From: Octopus sinensis
Taxonomy: Eukaryota
NCBI RefSeq assembly: GCF_006345805.1
Contig: NC_043000.1
Span: 20,894,001 to 20,958,000 of the forward strand
Direction: 5' to 3'
Length of the DNA stretch: 64,000 nucleotides
Shown: in pieces, positions 1 to 12,100 of the stretch
Layout of the letters: each line of letters opens with the position of its first letter
Numbering within the stretch: position 1 is the stretch's first letter
Program-made: the position numbers and the translations under genes
The notes under the pieces: generated by a model
Seen by the model: the letters and a program-made list of their open reading frames with translations, nothing else
Told to the model about the DNA's origin: nothing
The model's database searches: none

Positions 1-774
1 TTTCCTATACTTATAATATTAAATTAAACTTCAAATTTCCACACTAAGGCACAGAGTATATGCCCTATGGTCGTAACTTCAACCATGTTCTTTCTGTTGT
101 GAGTTTGCTACCCAGGTATCGGTTATCTTTCGAATTATCCGTAATAAGATAATTCATTTATCTACTTAAAATATATATATATAGTGGTGGGGGTATGAGG
201 GAATGTACGTGGATATGCCTATATTTACGTGTCTAGGTACAACATTAAAATTGCATTCAGTGGTGAGGCTCCAGTTGAAGTTGTGGAGAGCGTTGAGTCA
301 TCCCTTGGGTACCATTACTCCCAGGTTCATTCTAACCCAGAATTGTAGTACTAGTTAGGGTCCCATCCATGGGTTAAATAGATTTCCCAGGGGTAGAGGA
401 GACTCTGATTTTTTAACAAATTCATGGGAAGAGGAAGCTCTTCTAGGAGAAAGACACTCTGACATAAAACTTCCCATCAAAATAGTACCAGTCATCTTAC
501 AATGCTTGTCACTGGAACCTCCTGTAGCAAATGAGAGAATGGCAAAAGTATTGTATAAGCTTTTGTCACTTAAATCCACAGATGTACATATGTCAATTAT
601 CATTTGATTTGTTTTGTCTATACGTATAAATTTGATATGGGCAATTCTTTCTTGTCTTGGGATTCACGGTCAAACGGTGGAATTGTACGAAAAATTACAC
701 AGGTGTGTAGAATGATCTGATGGTGTTGCTGGGCTTTGTATTTTTTCATAGCTCCCATGGTTTTATCTTCTATA

Positions 775-965
775 TTTTACTTATTTCAGTCATTAGACTG
801 TGGCCATGTTGGGGCACCACCCAGAAGAAGTTTTACTTGAGCGATTTGATCCCTAGTACTTATTTTTTAAGCCCGGTACTTATTCTCTCAGGCTCTTTTG
901 CTGAACCACCTAATTACAGGGACATAAGCACACCAACATCAGTTACCAGGTGGTGGTGGTGGCAG

Positions 966-998
<33 letters not shown>

Positions 999-1040
999 TA
1001 TGTACATACATACATACATACATACATACATACATACATA
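775..1040 (-). mobile_element. SINE family A, partial copy (3' half) with (CA)n(TACA)n microsatellite
   Basis: Matches the 3' half of the ~400-bp SINE repeated >15 times in the window (ttcagtcatt.gactgtggccatg...). Confidence 0.75.
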
Positions 1041-1092
1041 CATAGAGATTTTTAAATAAACTGAATAATGACATACATACATACATATGATG

Positions 1093-1686
1093 GGCTGAAA
1101 TTGAGTGCATGAAAACAGTGCAAGGGGCAATTGGACAGACTGCACTTGTAACACAAAAGCCCAAACTTATAATATACATTGTCATTCTCAGGCCTTATTT
1201 CAAAAATATTCCATTTACTTGTATTCTATAACATACCTTTTTGTTACTCTGGGTATAACTTGAATATAACAATTCAATCAATATTATTGTAAACTATAAT
1301 ACTATCGTTGATTGTTGATAGAGCGGCTAACTGGCTTCTGTGCTAGTGGCATATACAAGGCACCATTCACGTGTGATCGTTACCAGCGTCGCCTTACTGG
1401 CACTTGTGCCCCATGCTAGTAGGGTGTTAAGAGCACCATCCGAGCGTGATCATTGCCAGAGCGTCTAACTGGCTTCCATGCTGGTGGCACGTAAAAGGCA
1501 CCATTCGAGCGTGATCATTAGCAGTGTCACCTTACTGGCACGTGAAAAAACATTTGAGCAAGGTCGTTGCCAGTACTTGACTGGCCCCCATGCCAGTGGT
1601 ATGTAAAAGCAGCCACTACACTCTTGGAGTGGTTGGTGTTAGGAAGGGCATCCAGCTGTAGAAACTCTGCCAGATCAAGATTGGAG
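1093..1686. repeat. Inverted duplication, copy 1 (partner 9356-9949)
   Basis: 594 bp, reverse complement of 9356-9949, about 9 mismatches by manual alignment. Confidence 0.93.
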
Positions 1687-4218
1687 TTCAGTTTTCATCT
1701 ACCAAATTCACTCACAAAGGACTAGACTATGGTAAAAGGCACTTGCCCAAGGTGCCATACGGAGGGACTAAACCCAGAATTTTGTGGTTAGGAATCAAAT
1801 TCCTCACCACACTGCCATGCCTGCATCACCCATGTGAAAAACTATAAAAATTTGTTACATAATCTCTTTCTTACTCCACAGTTTATCTTTCTTAATCCTC
1901 AGCTAATCCTGCTCACCTACTTTAGGTCAACATGTTATCATTATTAATGAATGAAATATGTTGGGTTAACTTAAATAACATGAGTTAAATATATTGAATT
2001 ACCTAATATATTTAGTCCGGTAATATGTTGTGCAAAATAAACATCATTTGAGGAAATTATTGACCAAACCAATATCCAAACTGGCATTACTAGATTCTTT
2101 TAGGAATTTTGAGATTCCCCAAAGATAAATATTCAAAGAATAGAAACAGTGAAATCTCATCAACAGTTAGAAGCGGAATTCTGTTTTATATTAGCTTAGT
2201 AAATTAAAATGACATGAATTTCTAAGCAACTCTGTTTCTTTATATTATGTTGCTGAAGGCCAGATATACAATGTTTCATCCTGTTGATCACAGAATCAAT
2301 ACTTCCAAAATTGTTCTGAGTTGTAAATAAATACAATGGACAGGTACAACTCATTATTGAAAGCAGCTATGACACAAAATCATTGTCAGCATCATTTTAA
2401 CATCCATGTTTTCATTGCTTGCATGGATCAAACAGAATTTATTGAGACGGATTTTTCTATAGTTAGATGTCCTTCTGGTCACCAACTGCCACATTGTTCC
2501 CAAGTTGGGTAACATTTGCCAATGGCTGAACATGTTTTCATGGAAGGTGGGGAATGAATGGCACTGTTTGGAGGATGATGACACTAGTTTACATTTATTA
2601 CTCAATGTTAAGACAAGGACACCCATACCACACATACACACAAACACACATAAATATACATGATGGAAAATGACCTGGTGATGGTGCCACATAAAAAGCA
2701 CTGCTGATGGTGCAATGTAAAAAGCACCCAGTACATTCAGTAAAGTGGCTGGCATTAGGAAGGTCAGCCAGCTGCAGAGACCAACCCAAAACAAGCCTAG
2801 TGCTGCCCCTGGCCTAACCAGCTCCTGTTAAGCCATCCAACCCATGCCAGCTTAGAAAAAGAATGTTAAAGAATGATGGATTTCTTTCAGTTTCCATCTG
2901 TGAAATTCACTCACAAGGCCTTGGTCAACCCTGGGCTTTAGTAAACAACACTTGTTCAAAGTGGCATGCAGTGGAACTGAACTAGAAAGCATGTGGTTTT
3001 GGTTAGGAAGTGACCTTCTTAACTACACAACCATGCCTAACAACAGTATTTTTACCTAACAGAATTCATTCAAATTTTATGTGAAGAGATTTGCTGCTGA
3101 CTTAGATGCATAATGGGAATCTGTCGTCTTCAAATGGTTTATTTACAATGCAATGGGTTACAGTAATTTCTTACATCTTTTACATAAGAAAATGTCTCCG
3201 GGACAAAACCCTATTTTCATTTCAAAACAAAACTTTAGCCTAACAGGAAATTTGAGTGACAAATGAATAATCATCTCAGTTAATTATAGTTTTCCTTCGA
3301 CTGAAGGTGACTTACATTTTTCACCTTTATCATTATCAGTTCAAAACTCTATATCTTGAAATTATTTTTCACTGATTTGACAAGCAGATTAATTTTGCAT
3401 ATTTTTGAGATTATTGATTCAAATTTTTGAAAATAAATTAATAAAAAATTTTTAGATGCAATGTTATATTCATATTAATAAAGAATGAACAAAACTGATC
3501 GACTGAAATTCGATATAAATGTATCTCAGGGAATAACAGGATTCTTTAGTCTTGCTGGATATTAGGCAACCTCCCTAGTGCATGTGCCATGATAATGACA
3601 TGCTGTGCACTCGGTGCTTCGAATTCAGAATAGTATCCAAAGAAAGAAACTATGGCAAAAATGGAATATACCAAACCCATCTAGGAGGACAGTAACTCCA
3701 AATATGAATTGACTCAGATGATGATAAACACATCTAACCCATGCAGTATGGAAAAGTAGACGTAAAATGATTATGAAATTAGTATTGTTAGCAGAATTTT
3801 ATTGCTGACATCAAGGGTTATCAAGCAATTCCGTTTGTATTCCATCTTTTTCAACATTGTTTTCCTTTGATGTCCCAGCATAATTTTTCTCTTTGCTCTT
3901 CATTTACCATCACCAGTAGAAGTAATGTAAACATCTGTTGAGAAAAATCTACATCAAAAGTTATTTTGAAGCCTAAACTCTTAATTATGACCACAAAATC
4001 TTCATAGCTACCAGACTTAGTGGTTTTCAGCCTTCTCGATTATATAGAAAACTTGAGATCAAACAAAACAATTGCTAACACAAATTGCATGGAAAGTTTT
4101 AAAATTATTAGCACATTTCATATGGCACACTTTGCATGGTAAGTTGAAAAACCAAACTGTTTTAAAGTTAGAAAATTTAGGGAACTATTTACTTTGTTTT
4201 ACTGTTCATACTGTTCCA

Positions 4219-4617
4219 GCGCAGGAGTGGCTGTGTGGTAAGTAGCTTGCTTACCAACCACATGGTCCTGGGTTCAGTCCCACTGCGTGGCACTTTCGGC
4301 AAGTGTCTTCTACTATAGCCTCAGGTCAACCAAAGCCTTATGAGTGGATTTGGTGGACAGAAACTGAAAGAAGCTCGTCATACATGTGTACATGTATATA
4401 TATATGTGTGTGTGTCTGTGTTTGTCCCCCCCCCCCACAACATCGCTTGACAACCAATGGTGGTGTGTTTGCATCCCCATAACTTAGTGGTTCGGCAAAA
4501 GCGACTGATAGAATAAGTACTAGGCTTACAAAGAATAAGTGCTGGGGTCGATTCGCTCCACTAAAGGTGGTGCTCCAGCATGGCCACAGTCAAATGACTG
4601 AAACAAGTAAAAGAGTA
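4219..4617 (+). mobile_element. SINE family A (tRNA-like head, internal TA/CA microsatellite)
   Basis: gcgcaggagtggctgtgtggtaag head ... gactgaaacaagtaaaagagta tail; multi-copy in window. Confidence 0.9.
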
Positions 4618-5394
4618 TACTTGTATATAACAAAATTATGATGAACATCTTTTTAAGATGCTCAAACATAAGTATGAGCTTTCTAAAGCCCTAAATCATA
4701 TTTTTTTAAATCAACAGTACAGTTTCATAACCACTGATCCAAGTATTATCAAGCGAATTCAGGACAAAGTCTATATTACATGTCATGTTTTTTATTTGTT
4801 TACCTTGAATTGAGAAAGTGCTGAAATTTAGTCTTATAAAATATTTCTCCTTTCAATATTTCTATCAAAAACAGGAAAGTTTAAACGCAAATTAGGTGGC
4901 ATTATTTGAATAAATCTCTTTCTTTATTTAAAGTCTTCATGAATTTTTTAATGAAACCTGATTTATATTCTAACGTAAAAACAATGCATTGACCAAGGGC
5001 TCATTTATCATGTTTTACTAACTCCTAATTCTTTTAGCAATGTAGTTTTTTCTAGAATATCAAGAAGGAAATAAATACTCAAGTATGTCTGCTATAAGAA
5101 AACTTAATAAAATGGGTGCTAACATACTTGATGTAGAGAGCTAAGAATTTTAATTAATTAAAATTACACCTTTGGTGATAAGAACAAACCATCATTGAAA
5201 TGACAGTTAAGATCTAGAGGTTATCTCCCCTGCTTTTTTTATATGAATTATGCATTCAGTTACTAATCACCATATTTGCTCATGTATGTCACACCCCTAA
5301 TTTGGTGTTAAATCTTGCCACAAAATTTTTATCCCTTCATAATTTTAGCTTTGTTTCATATATGTCATAACCTGGTTTTCTCAGTAAAATCAAG

Positions 5395-5478
5395 TATTAA
5401 ATAGTGTGGTTTATGTATTAAATAGTGTGGTTTATGTATTAAATAGTGTGGTTTATATATTTAATAGTGTGGTTTATA
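5395..5478. repeat. 21-bp minisatellite, 4 units (tattaaatagtgtggtttatg)
   Basis: Four adjacent units, last two slightly diverged. Confidence 0.9.
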
Positions 5479-6593
5479 TATGAGCAAATACAGTTGTTCG
5501 TCCTGTAAAGTGTTGATATTCTGCATCATTATCCTAATGAAGAATTTTAGTATAACGGCTTTTGTTCTAAAAACATTGGCAAAGAGTGAAAGTCCTTGCA
5601 AGGAATCTAGTTATATTTCTAACAATTAATCTTTATTAATATTGATTTTATTATGACATAAATCTTCTTCAGATGGACTCAATGACCAGTTGAAACTGAA
5701 GGAAATTTATTTCCATTGAACTGAAAGAAATTTATTGCCATTAAGTTCTCAATAAATAATCATTATTCAGTTGACAATTAATTATATTCCATTACATCTA
5801 AAAGAACATTGATGCCAAAACTGAAATAAATTATTCTCTGCTCTAACAAATTCAACACGTATTTCCCATTATTTTTGTATAAGAACAAAGCTTCTATCCA
5901 AGCTGCCAATGCATATTTTTTTTTTATTCCCTCAGCATTAATCTCAGTTACTCAGCTGAGCCTTTTGTCAAATGGAAATTTTTTGCAAAGTCATCCAAAT
6001 ATATTATTTTGGTTTTTCTACAAGCAAGAAGTGAGTTAGTAAAGTCTTAATTCCTAATAAAAGTGTCTTTAATTGAAAACAAATATCTCTAACCTTAGGA
6101 CAGTCTGGAACCATACAAAACATGATCTGGTATCTAATGAGAGTAAAGATTTATGTTTAATTTTATGTCATTTTCTTATTCATTAACAGCAGAAAATTAC
6201 ATTTAAAATACTGTTGGAGGGATAAACAAATACTGTTACAGGAATACACAAAATTATTTCCACAGATAATTTATTTTCTGAATTTAAAAGAAAGTTATAG
6301 TAAAACAGCAAAAACCAATATTTTGCTTTTAGGTGTATAAAGCAATATCTGTTGATAACATTGTGTGGTATGAGAATTATATTTCTTAAGACTCAACTAT
6401 TTCTTTAACCTATTTTAGATTGTAAGAAAAGAGGATGTTAATTTCGTTTTGGGATTTGGTTTGCAAGATTCTTTATGTGAGTTCGAGTGCTGAAGCATAT
6501 TCTGTTGTGTCTGGGGAGAGTCATTTTCTTTTTGTGCCTTATAATTTAACACACTCACCGGTAAAATTTTCACTTTTTTCTTATTTTTATTTT

Positions 6594-6869
6594 CCTTGTG
6601 AGTGGATTTGATAGATGGAAACTAAAAGATGCCCATCGAATATATGTATATATATATGTGTGTGTGTGTCTGTGTTTGTCCCCCAACATTGCTTGACAAT
6701 TGATGCTGGTGTGTTAACGTCCCTGTAACTTAGCGGTTCAGAAAAAGAGACCAATAGAATACATACTAGGCTTACAAAGAATAAGTCCTGGGGGTCGATT
6801 TCTGTGACTAAAGGCGGTGCTCCAGCATGGCCACAATCAAATGACTGAAACAAGTAAAAGAGTAAAGAG
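6594..6869 (+). mobile_element. SINE family A, 5'-truncated
   Basis: Aligns with the 3' two-thirds of other copies. Confidence 0.85.
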
Positions 6870-7147
6870 AATATTATTATTGAAAAATAAATTGAAACAA
6901 ATTAATTGAACTGAAACAAATTGCTGGTTATATTTATAAATTACCACATTTCTGTTAAATTTTAACAGAAATATAGTTACAAAAGGGTTAAATAGCATCT
7001 TTTCATAAGTCTGATTTCAACACCTGCCGAAATGAACCATTTGTAACAACTTTGAGGCATTTAGTTCTGATGGTCTACAGTTTCTATCAACCAATGATGT
7101 AACATCTAGTCACAGACACACAAATGTAATTATACAAGGGGAAATAG

Positions 7148-7540
7148 TAGTTGTGATACCTGTGCCGCTGGCACATAAAAAGCACCATCCGAACGTGGCT
7201 GATGCCAGCGCCGCCCTGACTGGCTTCTGTGCCGGTGGCACATAAAAAGCACCATCCGAACATGGCCGTTGCCAGCACCGCCTTGGCTGGCTTCCGTGCC
7301 GGTGGCACGTTAAAAGCTCCAACCGATCGTGGCCGATGCCGGACCCCCCTGGCACCTGTGCAGGTGGCACGTAAAAAGCACCCACTACACTCGCGGAGTG
7401 GTTGGCGTTAGGAAGGGCATCCAGCTATAGAAACTCTGCCAGATTAGACTGGAGCCTGGTGCAGCCCCTGGCTTCCCAGACCCCGGTCGAACCGTCCAAC
7501 CCGTGCTAGCGGGGAAAACGGACGTTAAACGATGATGATG
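7148..7540 (+). mobile_element. RTE LINE 3'-end fragment with ~58-bp tandem units
   Basis: Ends ggacgttaaacgatgatgatg like the RTE tail at 61394; gtgccggtggcac units. Confidence 0.88.
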
Positions 7541-7745
7541 CTAAAAAGTTCTTGGCTTTGGGTAAAAAAAATGCAGGAGGATCAGTTAATTGTGATTTTA
7601 TTCATCATATTCCCCTCTCAGATTCACACAGTTATTGCAGCAGTCCTTCAGTTTTTCTAACCCCTGTAAAAGAGCTTGGAAGATTGGGCCTCCAACCAGG
7701 CCTTTTGTGATACTCTTAAAGCCAGAAACTTTTCAGTGCCCCCTT
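7540..7745 (-). mobile_element. Mariner-derived MITE
   Basis: Imperfect TIRs (gctaaaaagttcttggcttt / rc actgaaaagtttctggcttt); minus strand reads GLEKLKDCCNNCVNLRGEYDE*, resembling a mariner transposase C-terminus. Confidence 0.6.
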
Positions 7746-8060
7746 TTATAAATATACACTCATGCAAGTACACACACATTTTTAAAAAATCTGAAACATA
7801 GATGGGGATTACTAGTTTAAAAGACATTTTAACAACATTAATCTAGACAAAAGTACAACTAATAAAACTTGAAGAGGTTTCTCTTAACTTTTTAGAAGAA
7901 ATATAAGGCGTAGGATCTGCAAAGAAATTCTTTATATTTATGCAACCAGTTCACTTACTGATCTTATTGGGTTTATCTCTTCTGCTTGTTATTTTTATCT
8001 TTAAAACACCTTGAAAGTAAGATAGTAGATTACCTTGGCTGATCCAAGATTTTCAACACA

Positions 8061-8469
8061 ATAGGCACATGAGTGGCTGTGTGGCAAGTAGCTTACTTAC
8101 AAACCACATGGTTCTGGGTTCAGTCCCACTGCGTTGCACTTTCGGCAAGTGTCTTGTACTATAGCCTCGGGCCGACCAAAGCTTTGTGAGTGGATTTGGT
8201 AGACGGAAACTGAAAGAAGCCCGTCATATATATGTATACATATATATATGTATGTGTGTGTATATGTTTGTGTGTCTGTTTGTCCTCCCGACATCGCTTA
8301 ACAACTGATGCTGGTGTGTTTACGTCCCTGTAATTTAGCGGTTCGGCAAAAGAGACCAATAGAATAAGTACTAGGCTTACAAAGAATAAGTCCTGGGGTT
8401 GATTTTCTCAACTAAAGGCGGTGCTCCAGCATGGCCACAGTCAAATGACTGAAACAAGTAAAGAGAGTA
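8061..8469 (+). mobile_element. SINE family A
   Basis: Full-length match to family consensus seen in window. Confidence 0.9.
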
Positions 8470-8611
8470 ATACATATGTGAAACTCAACTGTTTGTAATA
8501 TTTAACATACAGAAAACTCTTCCGAGTTATTTTTCCTTCAGCCTTATAATGTTGGTTCACCATTAGAATTATTTTGATATAAAACTGATATATTTTATCA
8601 TTTTCTTTTAG

Positions 8612-9151
8612 GTTCGTCAACATAAAAATTCCTCAGGGAGCCAGAAAGGAAGGGGTACGTGTACGCTGGTGGCAGCCTGAGAATGATGGCAAACTTCTCC
8701 GGGATTGGGCATTGGATGACATTGTAATTGGTGGCAACATGGTGAATCCTGTAAACGTAACAAGTAATTTTACAACCGATTTTGTTGAACATGAATGGTT
8801 GACCACCAACAATCTAGAAATTGGAGAATATTGTGGGCAACCTGAATCAGCTGTAGCAAAACCAGTCGCTGGTGAAGGGGCCAAACTGACAACCCGTGAT
8901 GTCAAAATAGAAGATGATTATATACTTCAATTCTCAATCAATGTTGGATGTGGGGCACCATGGAATAGCTCCATTTCTCCAGTTCATCTGCAATATTCTG
9001 TAAACTATGGTAAAAACTGGTATTATGTTACTCCCCAATGTATGACTAAGGACCCTCAATGTAACACAGAGGCTTCAGTCAAGACTGTTTATTACACAAC
9101 TTTTGGCTGGCAACGAGTTATTATCCCTCTTACAGGACATGTTGTATCAAG
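8612..9151 (+). CDS. RELN: Reelin exon A (540 nt, phase 2-2)
   Basis: tttag acceptor, ag|gtaagc donor; FVNIKIP...RVRWWQP...DWALDDIVIGG...HLQYSVNYGKNW. Confidence 0.95.
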
Positions 9152-12100
9152 GTAAGCATTATGTTGATATCCTCATTTTGACTTATTTGAATTTAAATAT
9201 TATATAAAATATAAGAAATTGTTCAAGAATGCAAAATTCCATTGCCATGCTGAGGATATAGTATTCATCATCATCATCGTTTAACGTCTGCTTTCCATGC
9301 TAGCATGGGTTGGACGATTTGACTGAGGGCTGGCAAACCAAATGGCCACGCCAGGCTCCAATCTTGATTTGGCAGAGTTTCTACAGCTGGATGCCCTTCC
9401 TAACACCAACCACTCCAAGAGTGTAGTGGCTGCTTTTACATACCACTGGCATGGGGGCCAGTCAAGTACTGGCAACGACCTTGCTCAAATGTTTTTTCAC
9501 GTGCCAGTAAGGTGACACTGCTAATGATCATGCTCGAATGGTGCCTTTTACGTGCCACCAGTACGGAAGCCAGTTAGACGCTCTGGCAATGATCACGCTC
9601 AGATGGTGCTCTTAACACTCTACTAGCACGGGGCACAAGTGCCAGTAAGGCGACGCTGGTAACGATCACATGTGAATGGTGCCTTGTATATGCCACTAGC
9701 ACAGAAGCCAGTTAGCCGCTCTGTCAACAATCAACGATAGTATTATAGTTTACAATAATATTGATTGAATTGTTATATTCAAGTTATACCCAGAGTAACA
9801 AAAAGGTATGTTATAGAATACAAGTAAATGGAATATTTTTGAAATAAGGCCTGAGAATGACAATGTATATTATAAGTTTGGGCTTTTGTGTTACAAGTGC
9901 AGTCTGTCCAATTGCCCCTTGCACTGTTTTCATGCACTCAATTTCAGCCAAGGGATTGATTCTGAAACAGCGACATCTTAAGGCATGAGCACGCTGGGCA
10001 ATTGCTCTAGGAGCCCCACAGGTCTAGGGATCCAATTATGATCTATTGTTATGGTTTGCTGTCAATAAATAAATGCTATTGGGCCCATTGCATTGATTTG
10101 CTTGGTGGGGTTTATAATGATGCTAATATGGTTCTGATCTAAACTCATGTGATTCAGAAATAAACTACTGAATCACTCCACTATACACTCACAAATCTAT
10201 ACGCATGAAGCAAATATTTTGCATTAAGACTACTTTAGACTTTGATCAAGATATCTTTGAACTTTGTTTTCTAATTTTCTTTCTGTAGTGCCACACGTTT
10301 CCAGTGGTTCCAGATCATGCCTGGTCAACAGGAAGACTCCAAAGATGGCAAGGAATGGGCCATTCGAGATATCTATATTGGCAAAGCATGTGCGGATATG
10401 TGTCATGGCCATGGGTTTTGTGACAATGGCCAGTGTCTCTGTGATGAAGGATACATGTGGGCTACATGTCACCCAATGGGATACCTTTATCAGCCAGTAA
10501 ATATTGATTTGCTCTTATTTTCTGTTATTTTATTTATCATTTTTCTTTTATTTACCATTTCCCTGTCAATAGTTTTACTATATCTTCAAACTTATGAATT
10601 TAAAAAGTTTTTATAACAACTAGCAGTATCGCCCAGCATTGCTCGGGTTTGTTTCGACTCTTTAGAATTGGAATTTTTGAAATGTAAAAATTTTGCATTA
10701 TGTAGCTTGTTATTCTCTTTAAGTGAACATTTTTTTGGTTGAAATACATCGAAAAATGGCGACACAACAGTCAAAAAATCATAAAAAATAGGGATTTTCA
10801 TAGAAAAAAAGCACTTTTTTGATGTAAATAATTTTTGATGTTAACATAGTCCGATTTGAATTTTATCTTCTATGGAATGAAGAGCAAGCCTTCTTCTGTC
10901 ATACTTTTAATTTTGGTCAACTTGTGCTGCAGGGTCTCAGAGGAGATAGTGTTAGTTGAAGGCTACTAAACCTTCCACACACAGACAACTTCAGCTTTAT
11001 AAATATAGATTTAGAGAAGTTTGAGTCTTTTTTTTTTAACCCTGTAATGCCCATTGTCAATAGTTCTTGATACTTCAGATACTATGTTCTTATAGGAAGG
11101 ACACAATTCTGCTGCAGCCATAATGTTATAGCTAATTGTCATAAATGGATCTGTTGTGTACAGAAGCTACATTACACTTCTAATATTTGCTAGATATAAA
11201 TTCAGAGATGTAAAGCTATTTTATGTTCATATGACATTAGTAAGTGGAAAGACAACACAGATGACCCTCTTTTTCGGGCCTCTGAGCCTGGGATCTGGAT
11301 CAAATGCTGAATGCTTACAATGGAAGTAGACCCTACTTATAGCAAACCACAGGCCAAGTGGGGTTATTAAACTAGACAGTCAGATTAAGTCTACCAACCC
11401 AAAATAGGAATGGTACCTTCAGTAAACTTCCATGCAGTTTCCACCAACCAAATTTCACCTACATTACTTTAGTCTACTCGGAACTGTGGTAAAAGACACT
11501 GCCTAATATACTCTGCAAGTAAGATTGAACCTGGAGCCACAGAGCTGAATGCCTGCAACCAATATTACACCAACAGTGGTTTGGTATTTATACAGGAAGT
11601 GGTAAAATTATAGAAAATTTTATTACTAATTTTTTGTTTTAATGAGCCAAAAGCAAAGATGTTGCACCTTTACCATTCCTAAGCATCACAGTCATCATCA
11701 TCTTCATTTAATGCCTGTTTTCCATGCTAACATATGTTGGACAGTTTGACAGGAGCTGCTAAGCTGGAGGGTTGCGCCAGGTTCCAGTCGTCTGTTTTGG
11801 CATGGTCTCTACAGCTAGATGCCCTTCCTAATACCAACCGCTTTACAGCATGTAACTAAGTGCTTTTTACATAGTGCCAGCGTGGGTGCTTTTTATGTGG
11901 TACCATCTTTTGAAATCAATGAGGAACAACAAATTCAATATTCAACTTCAGTATTTGTAGGTTATTGTCAACAAAGACAGTATGAACAAAAAGGGAAAGG
12001 AATCCAGAGAAACGTGGTTCTTTGAAGGATTGCGAGAAATACTTGTGCTTGGTTTTGAAGCTCAAGATATAGAATTGGTGAATGGAGAAGTTATAAGTAC

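Noticed and set aside
355-603. 82-aa minus-strand ORF, and an overlapping open + frame
   Set aside because: No recognisable motif or compatible splice sites; it adjoins repeat-like sequence.
1-8611. Further upstream reelin coding exon
   Set aside because: No segment encodes the expected LQYS.NGG..W...P motif with a phase-2 donor; the previous exon is probably outside the window.
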